Positions 49,901 to 57,530 of a DNA stretch of 64,000 nucleotides are shown one piece after another; the first letter of the stretch is position 1; the number at the start of each line of letters is the position of its first letter. This DNA comes from a virus. Lineage: Duplodnaviria; Caudoviricetes. A program made the position numbers and the translations under genes. The notes beneath the pieces are model-generated. The model searched no databases and was not told the DNA's origin. It saw only the letters and a program-made list of their open reading frames with translations. Location of the stretch: positions 1-64,000 of the IMG/VR virus record IMGVR_UViG_2651870089_000025, one strand, 5' to 3'.

Positions 49901-52900
49901 TATATTATCTATTACACCTAACGTAAATGATTTTATGGAAGTATTCTATAAGAAACCCGGCGGTGCAATAATTATTAACGGCATTGATAGATTTATTACA
50001 CCAGAAAGTTCGCATTTACAACTAAAATATAAAATTAAGGAAACAGAAGGTAACGTACATAAACAATGGGTATTACTAAGAAAAAGCGATCCACGTAGCG
50101 TAATCCCGAATTATTTTATCAATAAGATGATCGATAGTTTAGTTGGATATGACAAGACAGGATTAGCAGTTCCTGATACTGAAATGTTGCATCCAACACG
50201 ACGATACGGTACATTATATCGACCAAGACAAACATGGTTTAAGGATGTGAATCTTGCAAGAAAGAATTTTGTTTATTTAATGAATAAAACGTTGATCGAG
50301 CTGCCAATTAACGACGATAAAACAGGGTGGGATGCAAATGTTTATAACAATGAGTTTATAACTTATATTGACTGGTGGGCAACTGGTTATTCGGCTAGCA
50401 CCGCAGTTAATCATACTGTTAATACAACATTAGAAAGAGATCGGTTAACTAACCTAGCAAACGGCGATGTTGTAAAAGTATTAAACGATGGTGCAAACAG
50501 ATGGCGTGTTTTTGAGTATAATAATACTACAAATAAATTCTTAAAAATAGGTGCAGAAAAGCAGACAGTAAACTTTACTACAGCAACATATACTGATACT
50601 CTTACCGTTGATCAAAGCAATAGTTTGCGTAATATTATTGAGGCTATTTTTAATAATGTATTTACAACCACGTGGCATGTGAAGTTAAATGAAATATTCT
50701 TTGGCATGTCGGCTTATGTTCTTGCTGAGCAGCCTGATGTGAATTGGATATTTAAGAGTTCGTATTTAAATGTATCGTCAGAAGAAGAAGATCTAGGACA
50801 AAGGTTACAATATAAAGTTGACTTATTGCCGCATTTGCAAGAGTACATAAGTGAAGTTAAGCCTTATACTACAAAAGTTAGAGAATATAGGGGCGTTAAA
50901 AGTTTATCTTTGGATATTGCACAATCTCATATAACTGACTTTGATAACCCGCCGTATTATAATCCAGAGACCGCCGCGGTAGTTCCTTTACAGGCAGGAG
51001 TTAATCCTGCGTATGATTTAATTCTACAAACAGGAATTTATAAAGATTATTTAGAAAATTATACCGATAACAATCTAGTTAGAGCATTAACTGTTACTGT
51101 ATTATTTGACAGAGTAGATAGAAATATTTTACCAGCAAAGACATATATAACTGCTGGTAATGCAGGCGCAGACTCAAGATCGGTGCATTATAAAACCGAG
51201 TATACTGATGCAGAGAGATTGCGTAATGCGATACGAGATTTAGCAACAAGGGACTCTGTAGGAGACTTAACAACAGGAAGTATATGGGATCATGCTTCAC
51301 AGCGTATAGCAAAATACTCTAGTAATATTGGCTATAATTTAGAAGCATTAGCAAATATGTCATTGATCTCTAATCAAAATATAATGGATCATCCTGTTAT
51401 TGTTAGTAATTCGTTAGACGCATTAGAGACTATTACATATGATCAGTTAGTAGGTAATGATACTTATTACACTATCACCGGTGGTTACCATAGAGATTTA
51501 TCGTTGAAAGTATTTGAGGCGGTTCTCTATTATGACTTTGTTAGAAGTGGCATTGACTTAACTGGCCAAAGTTCTGCATTTGATAATTTAGTCGACGGCG
51601 TAAACTTAGATGTTTCAGGAATATCTGACGCTGGACTTGATATGGTTACTTTTATAAGACAATATAATAGTATACAATCCATGTTTATCAGAGGGTTACA
51701 AGATGCTTTTTATGATCTCCGTAAAGTTCAAATTGAGAACGGCAATCGTTTTGATATCACAACATTTGAAAATGACGATCCATTGCCAAAAGAATGGGGT
51801 TGGGATAGTCAACCGTGGGATTATACGTATACAGAAAACCCTGAAAACTTTAGAAGAATTAAATGGGATCAAGGACAGGACTTACCAGTACTTTACGCAG
51901 AATTTCCAAATACATCATTAGTTGGCAATGCGTTCAAAGATTTTAGTGGTAAGTTTGCAGATAGAGTAGGCTGGCACATATTTAATAGAGAAACAAAGTC
52001 AGGCGTTGAGTTTGTAGATTATAGACGAGATTTAATTTATATTACAGCAAGTGGTATTCCTGATCATCCAACAAATTGGAATGATCCGTTGCGTCCGGAT
52101 TTAAGAACATCATCTCCGCGTATAACACATCAAAACATGTCTTGGAACATTCCAAATACTGTTTTTGTGCCAATTGCAACAGAAAAAGAAAGTGTCCCAC
52201 ATGGACCTGTTGGTGTATTTAGAAATGGCGTAGCATTATACAGTAGTAAAGCAATTGCTAGTTACTCTGATCAAGATGTTTGGCATTATAATACTATGCA
52301 TATTGATTCTGCCCGAACTGATACAGGATACGGACCAAGTGGTACTTCTGCTACATTAAATAGATTCTTCTGGTCCTTTAGAGACGAACACGGTGCTGGT
52401 GTTAGCCCATCGGGACAATATCATTATTATACTAATCCTACGTCAATTTATAATGATAACTTACAGCAACATAGTCCGTTGTTAGGTTATGCATTTGATG
52501 GAGTGCCAATTTATGGACCTCGGGTATATGCAAGTAAGCATTATATAGGTGACGGAACAACAACGGCATTTGCTGGACCAGTAGAACCTGATTATAGTTT
52601 AATTGACGACTCCTTTATAAAAGTTACAATAGATGGCGTTGTACAGGAAGAAACAACTAACTTTACATTTACAGGCGCTACAGACGCAAAATCAGAAATA
52701 ACATTTGTGTCAGCACCTGCCGCAGACAGCGAAATTCTGTTTACAGTTACAATTACTGTTCATAGAGTTCAATCAAGTTATAGATTAAAGACTGGAACTA
52801 GAACTGCTATAGGCAGCGAAACAAATCCTGGAGGCACATACGACGGCACATTCTACGAAGACTACGAATACGTTGCAGGCCTAGGCCATCTAGACGAGTA

Positions 52901-53702
52901 TAACGGCCGTTTTGCACATACGCCAGAGTATCCTGAAGGTGTGTATGCATATTATGTTACAGTTGATGATGTAAATAATCCTGTTTTCCCTTATGTATTA
53001 GGAACAAAATACTATGGAAAACCAGAAACAGCAAACTACATCTTTACTCCTGATCCTGTAGCGTTAAACTTTAGGACTTATACAAAAGGGTATCCTAACG
53101 TATCAACTGATAGACAAGAAAGAGACAGTAAAGGATTTGTTCGCCCAACATATGAACAATGGCCCGAGGAGTTAATTCCAATTAGTCCTAAGGAAGGATT
53201 ACAAATTACAGTACAAACTAACGACAGTGATGACTTGTCAACAGTAACAGATTCGATTAGTTTTAGAGTATATTATGATGCAGATGGCGAAACAAAATAT
53301 TATGCATTACCAAACGCTACAAAAACAACAGTTTCTACTGCAATTGGCAAAGATGATATTGAAATAGCGGTTGCTGATGTAACAGTATTGCCTGAACCGT
53401 ATATGAATTCATTAGGCACTGGTTATACAACACCGGGTGTTGTGTTTATCGGAAACGAGCGTGTTGAATATTTCGACATTGATAGAACAAATAATAAGTT
53501 ATTACATTGCCGTAGAGGAACCGGCACTACAAGTGCACAATCGCATGCAATAAGCACCTCTGTGTTTAGTGCCGATGTAAATAATATTTTAACATATGAG
53601 ACAGAAACTACCTGGAGCCCAGATAGCATCAACGGGTTATATGCCTCTACAAGTGAGCAAGCAATATTCTTCAAAGATAGACCAGGAAATGCATTAGCAT
53701 AA
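37983..53702 (+). CDS. Giant (5239 aa) baseplate/virion structural protein in the gp7-like position
   Basis: Single 15.7-kb ORF after gp6, with GxGY modules, HNL(G) repeats and a YHYH-like domain near the C-terminus. Confidence 0.85.
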   Translation: MAKERVFKKLPAIHQTDVLDKFFKHTIDQWFAEEKLVRSKGFVGRKDPAIYKPEVDYYIPEVDFVRENYQLEPALITRDVNTASITNALFYDDVLRLLSVEGSNISNPNRLLKSKAYSWSPPIDVDKFINYENYYWYDDGPVRLDVTAPLSAPLDITTDIIGKATFTSSNGVKFSSGTKVRFTGSNITPSSYLNKDFIVEGVGKSIQLIDVDSDDFNSVLPYTISDDAEVYEKTDYITIKRGATNQNPWSRTNRWFHKDVLLQVTGRSTGETYTTETLHPWDDASEPYDSKKWDATIAINSEVFSLDSLRQAKRPIIEFDSELELYRYGLEGLGSVTVVSVEEYGTIQGATNPVVDMHTLQTGDTLIFLNDALLNFNLWDADSFDPGSHPSGTQSPPGPYADMPSGTSGDWDVTLGTGAVSYGIIYTASIDSVTGVCTLTATTNVVELQKVFATDGLYYSGREFYWDGNRWQLSQVKDKHNDEPLFQLYDRDGTQLDQFVDTFSGSKVFSYKEYTGTNDLYIGKPLQYKEFGQQADIVFTNNLESIDGFGGYGYLNHYALSGSASLPADRMLSVFLNGWNETNEYSKQKVKEMFVASTDGEQEFTLSVIPVVDSTGYSPEFVVTVDGKLAKQSTPTRAYDYNIVSNILTFSTNKIIKKNQIIDVRMVTDNIVNLNEKHFYEIPDNLEANPDNLDVTEITPSELQGHFASIIENQVTFAGNQIGTNNYRDTAQDRSKGRRILQHESSLLPLMTLLSKHDDFDITSTIRYAQNEYETFKGKFLQRVQFFATQTDAANISNFVDLVLEDMYKYKSSLSAFKETKPFAYGINYTEETFYPEFNVTYLDLEKNLITDDDLKYRNKIVHVYVTTYTERQDGGTLKLLLRDWQYKINNRLDESTGNAITRIDFQGEYSTIVRNSHVEVRIFENIQNSFVPLTPSMAGMHSVFMPQFVVDDTYSGGDQNVLIGHDGSRTILFGDIRDDALFELEKRIYNAIPATFTREYLPDINYYDLAPGKFRFTDYGSKLGYSRYEFIQLLTPILQRWATEHGVDLYTNRAYDESLPFTWNYSKETDKDGDTLPGSWRGIYLHYYDTIRPHTHPWEMLGFGIRPYWWKTTYGTDYSSNNTALWNDLEEGIIRNGERENLTDSSYKNSPFRRKGLSAVIPVDHTGALLDPVQAGILTTGVIASMDTFGAADVLRVAGTYTGVTGTTDGFGIVGKFNITVDGSGEVTNVTVVSGGSGHSINDTITIADGHLGAGGAADFTMDVATLTPVIVSGEYSKPNTVDRGLDWEIGDFGPAEFSLLTNSVWPFIINKLLYLAEPVEYVTKGWDSLEGEYAIANKAQYIFKDTGKRKQLKDFNFYSGTNVVYGYQTWIYAYLLNQGKTYANVISNIFQTSGVALGYKVGGYVDKDFTAIADSYSTTRTTNSIFIPDENKTVILYKGQSEGLRRYSGVKITLTETGYSVSGYDQYNSSFRIIPSIKDHDATIIQVGNLRVSKYNNSYNVVAEIPYNAEFSNQKDVVDFLISYQRYLESVGFVFDDYDPDVLDTYNFEYAAKEFLYWAQLSTWEIGTYITLSPVARSIKLDTEKLGQIDSLSEIINSTYSVVDKDGSALYSRDITIDRQNDYITVKALDSTKGIFGLKLNPYRTEHAILFDNKTDFNDLIYDPLLRLRQDRLKLNLSKTVNWNGHYEAPGYIIQNDTIIPNFETTANDYRKFFNAYDTPLTNSLLDSSRHLFGYQHREYLDNITEDENISFQFFKGMLRQKGNVDSINKLLRSRTLSNSNMSIYEEWAFKIGEFGSTATSTQNEIQIKASDVRVQNPLIEFTFENDNIDSLYDDLIQVNYTNDLRWIEKPELPKPGVWPKLPIGYRDSSWLPTAGYVHNNDVDTRAFDVNILASLNTSLEADVEPTIGNLAHIAKTYNDEFAIFKLVETDLTVKNIELLGTGKTRVSVIGEVVPQIVGNTKDITPKVGDTIRITLDDIDDVVELDDIESYEIELSSFDFEDEYPVMNVTVTNAGLVKQNDSIFITTAASYENTVEVVFDQIPEGPVTIIGQVYNPTITLTGEIQIDNVTLTVTKGDTLFHSAPTAPYTGGIIGNITQNVPNVSAYSNNGYLQITTTNKSISIDSQVNLFDSDVGIVSDTYYNELTLDEIYNGFIEAKVPDLFITKDETRKELQLTGQYANKIQVKKGVGGAFSALFFTDTSNNEVSKIDNRIVTMENVLKDINAIVANEDFLATTDINGNLKLEYNGSKLSVSGEGLSTLGLIAQTSTLQVDSVISHPFYKDSVIVLSNVLTEDKKSTGLAGGYVVEEEVLYINKEVNITAGVVTIKDLDTDEIETLVNVNKIPLYDIVGADRDYIKEIEIDIQFPMLPNRILVGDTDNLSRISTGMSGEVQTVLFGKIGPYTGLVGNNGNVVVSTEGGSTFTTGKFTVSITVEKRGVFVIDEFFNGEGNNTSSNKIKLWHPRRFKTKEDAFSDTKTNKSFYSLQDLVWVDNEPNGWLVSKLIDTDTHYGLSGVSLAQGGRGYTPADIGKHFTFETLIEGTKVQPVCKIDDILYGVGSITVTAGGLGYTSPPAVAFSGGDEQEPAFARAYLDSVLSSITITDPGAGYQYLPGVELYESPLYEGKIWYVEHNLNQKYVNLELFDDNHIAVGPEYVSPVITYVDENNLTVDWNGVITRGYIDVIRSEYVSPLNASSRFWSIAHNLGQQLVNVDIIYDNDIGAAGHFDHPLIEYSDTNTLTVVFPKGIEKSGYVAVTYSDNYAPGAASGPGYTHDQSSASQTWSVTHNLGKRHVNVDVALPGSSVDLTDLGNWATVSHNLNSQYVNIALVDADDNAVGTIYDQVVVTYFSTTAFRLERGSTVIDKAVVVKPRFVSTVQPTANTWTITHGLNEDIVNVEIIYTDNTSAIGKYDYPLIEYTDANTIKVLFPPGVARAGYVAVAHNNDNNIASGSGYEHTQSSASSTWTINHNLGQKYVVVDVAMLGSDIDWTGYSTQFVILHSLAQKYINVEFVGSNDNVIHNTYNEAILSHTDSNNITLTYNNSADVNKIVAVPSNYTSALQGTANIWTITHGLGVDFANVDVIYSDDTSAKSLLDQPLIEYTDSNNIRVIFPTGITKSGYVAINSAGAYQHTQASATTTWTVTHNLGSQYVNVDIAVLGASIQDSDVSASINDTLYYNISGMYDYPEIIFVDANTLTVTFATAIAGKAVISTGTVINGASGLYYNTRGLYDNPEIKYIDNNNLTLTFPGSIAGKAVVSAGAVFNTDVGSRYYNIKGNYDFPTIVHTSSNTLFAKFLMPQEGKLMVSAGKGILDDDAVVTAHMEVGDDGGCLGMTINTAGTGYQIGDTIIVTGGVGTPATGTITSATIGEVDTITISDPGSGYLTAPNVTIDPPTSGTTATATVTIDGTAGEIITVDTFSAADPLRATGTYTGVTGTTSGSGTLGTFDITVDGTGAVTSVTVVDGGNSNAVNDTITIADADLGAGGAADFTMDVATVYAGSLATITLTDGGDGYTAAPTVTIDSPPAGVTALATATVTSIGIPTAISVLNGGDYTELPNHTNVATTASPSGGRSGLTLDLLFKVKSISIETTESFQSPPDIKIAAPINPGGGGCTPRQATAVAAISGTIDRVEVLDNGQYLSTPIISFVGGGGAGAAATANLAGPVSAISVVNPGDITKLPDPATNLPTIEVDKIVGTDMKVNATFEDITSFDTWYETVRREEERVNTKLFDVASLYDIAEDIIDTKPLLLDFTKGLIPGLASTEISYRVNNDPARYNVSSNENALVNEDLLWGSKQEGVLWWDTSTVRFYDAEQGDNRYRRRYWNKMFPGSSIDVYEWVKSSVAPLSYKGNGVVRSTTEYCQVEEWNSSTNKFVTSYYFWVKDKSTVPAISSRSRSAATVASYLSDTSLSEWYAPVSNQYEIAVPIVITSSSTTQEISAEGVNPLDITKVLINGNTQAYENGIVDSDGLIKTIILSITPNVNDFMEVFYKKPGGAIIINGIDRFITPESSHLQLKYKIKETEGNVHKQWVLLRKSDPRSVIPNYFINKMIDSLVGYDKTGLAVPDTEMLHPTRRYGTLYRPRQTWFKDVNLARKNFVYLMNKTLIELPINDDKTGWDANVYNNEFITYIDWWATGYSASTAVNHTVNTTLERDRLTNLANGDVVKVLNDGANRWRVFEYNNTTNKFLKIGAEKQTVNFTTATYTDTLTVDQSNSLRNIIEAIFNNVFTTTWHVKLNEIFFGMSAYVLAEQPDVNWIFKSSYLNVSSEEEDLGQRLQYKVDLLPHLQEYISEVKPYTTKVREYRGVKSLSLDIAQSHITDFDNPPYYNPETAAVVPLQAGVNPAYDLILQTGIYKDYLENYTDNNLVRALTVTVLFDRVDRNILPAKTYITAGNAGADSRSVHYKTEYTDAERLRNAIRDLATRDSVGDLTTGSIWDHASQRIAKYSSNIGYNLEALANMSLISNQNIMDHPVIVSNSLDALETITYDQLVGNDTYYTITGGYHRDLSLKVFEAVLYYDFVRSGIDLTGQSSAFDNLVDGVNLDVSGISDAGLDMVTFIRQYNSIQSMFIRGLQDAFYDLRKVQIENGNRFDITTFENDDPLPKEWGWDSQPWDYTYTENPENFRRIKWDQGQDLPVLYAEFPNTSLVGNAFKDFSGKFADRVGWHIFNRETKSGVEFVDYRRDLIYITASGIPDHPTNWNDPLRPDLRTSSPRITHQNMSWNIPNTVFVPIATEKESVPHGPVGVFRNGVALYSSKAIASYSDQDVWHYNTMHIDSARTDTGYGPSGTSATLNRFFWSFRDEHGAGVSPSGQYHYYTNPTSIYNDNLQQHSPLLGYAFDGVPIYGPRVYASKHYIGDGTTTAFAGPVEPDYSLIDDSFIKVTIDGVVQEETTNFTFTGATDAKSEITFVSAPAADSEILFTVTITVHRVQSSYRLKTGTRTAIGSETNPGGTYDGTFYEDYEYVAGLGHLDEYNGRFAHTPEYPEGVYAYYVTVDDVNNPVFPYVLGTKYYGKPETANYIFTPDPVALNFRTYTKGYPNVSTDRQERDSKGFVRPTYEQWPEELIPISPKEGLQITVQTNDSDDLSTVTDSISFRVYYDADGETKYYALPNATKTTVSTAIGKDDIEIAVADVTVLPEPYMNSLGTGYTTPGVVFIGNERVEYFDIDRTNNKLLHCRRGTGTTSAQSHAISTSVFSADVNNILTYETETTWSPDSINGLYASTSEQAIFFKDRPGNALA

Positions 53703-53723
53703 TATACCAATATAATAAGAATA

Positions 53724-53731
53724 GATAAATA
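53724..53731 (+). promoter_or_regulatory. Late promoter GATAAATA
   Basis: Exact motif upstream of 53752. Confidence 0.65.
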
Positions 53732-53751
53732 AGTAATAATGAGTTTTTATA

Positions 53752-54462
53752 ATGGAAAATAAAAATACACAAGACGAATTAAAAACTGAAAAACCGGATG
53801 AAACCGGCGGTGTTAGAATGGAAGGACATATTCTAATTCGTGATGTTACGGATGAAGAAAAACCAGTTGAATTAGTTAATAAAAGAAACGCAATTCATTA
53901 CGGTAATATGGCTAAACATCTTGCACAATCATTAGCAGGTAAGCCTAACTATGATATTCATTACATGGCTTTTGGTAATGGCGGTTCTAATGTTAATACA
54001 TTGGGAAAAATTACTTATAAAACTGCTAATGTTAGCGAAGCACCAGATGATTCATCCCCAACTTCTAATTTATATTCGATAAAATATTTTAAAGTTGTCG
54101 ACGACTTGGCTGCATCAAACGCGGCACCTTCAAAAAACAAACTAGAAGTGCTTTCAAGTTCAACAAGTTACACAGACATTAAAGTAACTTGTACATTAGA
54201 ATTTGGAGAGCCGTCAGGTGCACAGCAAAATTTTGATAATAGTACAGATTTTACAGATGATTTTGTGTTTGACGAACTAGGACTTTTTAGTCTGGATGTT
54301 GCAACAGGTAACGAGATTACAGGAACGGCAACAGATGCCGCAACATTACTTGACTTTAACTCAAAATGTTATATGCTAACACACGTTATTTTCCATCCTA
54401 TACAGAAATCATTAAATAGAATTATCGAGGTTGTGTATACAATCCGAATACAGATGCAATAA
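53752..54462 (+). CDS. Virion structural protein (baseplate wedge/fibre-attachment-like)
   Basis: Pattern MAFGNGG, FVFDELGL, F.PIQKS.NR.IEVVYTIRI; in the baseplate context. Confidence 0.7.
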   Translation: MENKNTQDELKTEKPDETGGVRMEGHILIRDVTDEEKPVELVNKRNAIHYGNMAKHLAQSLAGKPNYDIHYMAFGNGGSNVNTLGKITYKTANVSEAPDDSSPTSNLYSIKYFKVVDDLAASNAAPSKNKLEVLSSSTSYTDIKVTCTLEFGEPSGAQQNFDNSTDFTDDFVFDELGLFSLDVATGNEITGTATDAATLLDFNSKCYMLTHVIFHPIQKSLNRIIEVVYTIRIQMQ

Positions 54463-54477
54463 TAAAGAGAGAGAAAT

Positions 54478-56349
54478 ATGACATATACAATTAATACATT
54501 CGACGGTAATTTTTTAACGAATGTAGCTCCAGGTACAGTGGATACAAATACTTCTCTATCATTACTAGGCAAGAACTATAGTGGATACGGTCAGATTATT
54601 GCAAGTAATTTTGTTTACTTGCTTGAAAATTTTGCAAAAACATCTCCGCCGTCAAGCCCATTAAAAGGCCAGTTATGGTACGATAAGAGCGAAGATGTAC
54701 TTAAAGTTTGTTCTATAACTGGCGATACAAATTCATTTGAAAGATTACAAGTTTACGTTGGTACATCCGAGCCGGCAACTGCCCGCGACGGTGATTTGTT
54801 TTATGATACTGACGATTTACAATTAAAAATTCGTTCTTCGGCATCTTGGAAAAACGCAAGCATCCCAGGTGCAAATGGAACAGAGTTAGGATTTGTTAAA
54901 GTAACATCAACTACTGATATTAACAGTACAAACAATGCAGGTGAGAAAACAGTTGCAGTAATGTTTATACGTGATCCTGCAACCCCAACATCTGCTCTTA
55001 CAGCAGATAACATTGTTGCTGTTTTTGCCCAAGAAACATTTTGGTTTTTGGCAACCGAACCAACAGGGCAAGGACAACAAACACTAGTTACAGCAGTATT
55101 TGGTGCTATGGATACCGATGCTAATCTTACTAATAACAGTAAAGTTACACGTGGTATGAATATTAATACTGCATATACAGATGCTACAGTTAATAACGCC
55201 TCTGATTCTAATAGACTCGGCGGACAACTACCATCGTTTTATTTAGATTATGCAAACTTTACAAACAGCGCCGGCGCACCATTTGTTGCATTAAATGCGG
55301 ATACTGTACCAACCTCTGATAATGCTTTTGTTGTAGGTTCCGGTATTGCAAGATTTGCTAATATTTTTAGTACAACATTTACTGGGGATTTAGCAGGCAA
55401 CGCTACTACGGCAACAAGCACATCACAACTTAATGGCCAAACAGCTTCTTATTATACTAATGCAAGTAATTTATCAACTGGAACTGTACCTTCTGGAAGA
55501 TTAACAGGCTCATATACAATTAATATTAATGGTAACGCTGATACTGCTACAAATGCTTCTCAAATAGGTGGTGTTTCGTTATCGGGTATTGTATTAACTA
55601 CAGGAAACCAGAATATTGCTGGCATTAAGACATTTGATAACGATGTAGTTATTACGGGCGACTTGACTATTAATGGTACAACAACAACTGTTAGCACAAC
55701 AAATTTAGAAATTGAAGATGCAATAATACAGTTAGCACGAAATAATACAACTGCCGCAGTACCTTACATTGGTTTGCAAGCAGAACGCGGCGCAACTGAT
55801 GCGTATCTAGTATGGGATGAGGCATCCGATCGATGGAGATCTACAACATCCGCCGACGGCACTACACACTCAGATGCAGACATGCAATGTGCAGTATTGC
55901 ACGGCCAAGCAACTTCGGCACAATACGCTGACTTGGCAGAAAGATATCATGCAGACGAAACATTGAGTCCCGGTACAGTTGTTCAATTGGGCGGTACTAA
56001 TGAAATAACAAAAGCAGTTGGCTATTGCTCAACAGAAGTATTTGGCGTTATTTCAACTGAACCTGCTTATAGAATGAATGCCGATGCTGGTACATCAAAC
56101 ACACACCCTTATGTTACATTAACTGGTCGCGCACCTGTAACAGTAGTTGGTAAAGTTAAGAAGGGAGATCGCTTAATTAGTAGTGAAATTTCTGGTGTTG
56201 CACAAGCACTACCTCGAGACTTTATTAAGTATTGCACAGAGAAAGGTGATCAACTAACTCTTCTTTGGGGCGTTATTGGACGCGCTTTAGAAGATAAAGA
56301 CACTGACGAAATTGGTTCTGTTGAGGCATTTATACAAGTTAACTCATAA
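54478..56349 (+). CDS. Tail fibre-like protein with a C-terminal chaperone/peptidase G2-like domain
   Basis: N-terminal L.GKNYSGYG..NF..LLENF...GQLWYD, a Thr/Ala-rich shaft, and C-terminal ADLAERY..GTVV..GVIST.PAY.MN..GRAPV.V.G.V.KGD. Confidence 0.8.
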   Translation: MTYTINTFDGNFLTNVAPGTVDTNTSLSLLGKNYSGYGQIIASNFVYLLENFAKTSPPSSPLKGQLWYDKSEDVLKVCSITGDTNSFERLQVYVGTSEPATARDGDLFYDTDDLQLKIRSSASWKNASIPGANGTELGFVKVTSTTDINSTNNAGEKTVAVMFIRDPATPTSALTADNIVAVFAQETFWFLATEPTGQGQQTLVTAVFGAMDTDANLTNNSKVTRGMNINTAYTDATVNNASDSNRLGGQLPSFYLDYANFTNSAGAPFVALNADTVPTSDNAFVVGSGIARFANIFSTTFTGDLAGNATTATSTSQLNGQTASYYTNASNLSTGTVPSGRLTGSYTININGNADTATNASQIGGVSLSGIVLTTGNQNIAGIKTFDNDVVITGDLTINGTTTTVSTTNLEIEDAIIQLARNNTTAAVPYIGLQAERGATDAYLVWDEASDRWRSTTSADGTTHSDADMQCAVLHGQATSAQYADLAERYHADETLSPGTVVQLGGTNEITKAVGYCSTEVFGVISTEPAYRMNADAGTSNTHPYVTLTGRAPVTVVGKVKKGDRLISSEISGVAQALPRDFIKYCTEKGDQLTLLWGVIGRALEDKDTDEIGSVEAFIQVNS

Positions 56350-56372
56350 TAGAACATATAATGTCGATAATT

Positions 56373-56403
56373 AAAGCCAACACCGCGGTGTTGGCTTTTT
56401 TTT
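56373..56403 (+). terminator. Intrinsic terminator
   Basis: Palindrome AAAGCCAACACCGCGGTGTTGGCTTT followed by a T run. Confidence 0.9.
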
Positions 56404-56411
56404 GATAAATA
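56404..56411 (+). promoter_or_regulatory. Late promoter GATAAATA
   Basis: Exact motif directly after the terminator. Confidence 0.7.
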
Positions 56412-56414
56412 TAT

Positions 56415-56555
56415 AAAGTGACACTATATTGTTATTTGTACCTAGTGTGGAGCCTCAGACACTATAATAAACGTGGGTAATCGTGCCAGTCACGGGCGCG
56501 TAATCGAGTGACGGTTATCCCCACGTTAGAATGGGGGTAGATTTAGGAGAAAAAT
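56415..56555 (+). promoter_or_regulatory. Long structured 5' leader (candidate cis-regulatory RNA)
   Basis: Stems TAGTGT/ACACTA, AACGTGGG/CCCACGTT and GTCAC/GTGAC, with an alternative ATCCCCA/TGGGGGT stem just before SD AGGAGA. Confidence 0.5.
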
Positions 56556-57464
56556 ATGACGTACTCTGCCGGTAATACGATTCTAGCTAGTGATCTCAAC
56601 TCATTTATTGCTGATGTTGAAGATATTTTTGGAGATAACAACTCTGGAAGCACAGCCGCAGGATCGTTAATTTTTGGTTACGGCGAGACTATGCTTCAAG
56701 CAGATGTCTCCGCAGGTAACACAATTACAGCTGCACAATGGAATAATCTTTATATGATGATTCACAGATGTGCAGGACACCAAGGTTCTACTGTTAACAT
56801 TTCAGGAAGTGCATCCGCAGGTCCTTTCAGTGCAGGTGGAACAATTTCAATTGATTCAAATCTAGCAACTGATATTGCTACAATTCGTACTAACAAATTA
56901 GTATTCTCAGCTGGTAACATGACAACAGGCACAGCCAACTCAAAATCAGGTACAGCTTCGTGGTCATCATCTACACAGCACAGTTTTACACAAACATTTG
57001 CTAGTTACGATGCCGCTAGATATTTCTTTAATCAAGGCGGTGGTATGCTCTTTACTGCTTCACTTTCGGGCGGTACGGGCACACAAACAACTAACTGGGC
57101 AACACTTTTAAGTACTATGGGTACTATTACTGTTGGCGTTAACACAACAACACAAAGTGGCACAGGTGGTACAACAGGCGATAGTTTTGATGACATTGTT
57201 GGTAATGCTACAACCACTCGCACAATCTTTACACAAGCAAGCTCTGGTGCGTATGCAAGTAACAACTACAAGATTCAATGTTCTTGTGATACAAATAAGA
57301 CAGTATTTACGTGGACTGTTACATTTACAGACGGCCACACAAATGCTTTTTATGACACTGTAAACGGTACACTAACAAGTACTGCACAAGAAAGACGTGC
57401 AACTGGCACATATGTCAATAGCGCGGCACCTTCTTATAGTGCAGGAACATTTACTCAATCGTAA
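56556..57464 (+). CDS. Ser/Thr/Gly-rich virion structural protein
   Basis: Strong SD, own promoter and terminator. Motifs GYG...V..G..ITA.QW..L and ARYFFN.GG. Confidence 0.8.
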   Translation: MTYSAGNTILASDLNSFIADVEDIFGDNNSGSTAAGSLIFGYGETMLQADVSAGNTITAAQWNNLYMMIHRCAGHQGSTVNISGSASAGPFSAGGTISIDSNLATDIATIRTNKLVFSAGNMTTGTANSKSGTASWSSSTQHSFTQTFASYDAARYFFNQGGGMLFTASLSGGTGTQTTNWATLLSTMGTITVGVNTTTQSGTGGTTGDSFDDIVGNATTTRTIFTQASSGAYASNNYKIQCSCDTNKTVFTWTVTFTDGHTNAFYDTVNGTLTSTAQERRATGTYVNSAAPSYSAGTFTQS

Positions 57465-57494
57465 TAGCTAGTAAATTTTAAAATTTACCTTTTG

Positions 57495-57528
57495 ACCCTC
57501 TGTATAAGTAATTGTACAGAGGGTTTTT
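57495..57528 (+). terminator. Probable intrinsic terminator
   Basis: Stem ACCCTCTGTATA/TGTACAGAGGGT followed by TTTT. It contains TATAAGTA, a possible late-promoter variant for the next gene. Confidence 0.7.
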
Positions 57529-57530
57529 AT

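Noticed and set aside
31991-53702. Inteins or stop-codon recoding as the cause of the very long ORFs
   Set aside because: I noticed no intein splice-junction or LAGLIDADG motifs. Genes are full length in the standard code, and TAA, TAG and TGA all end genes.
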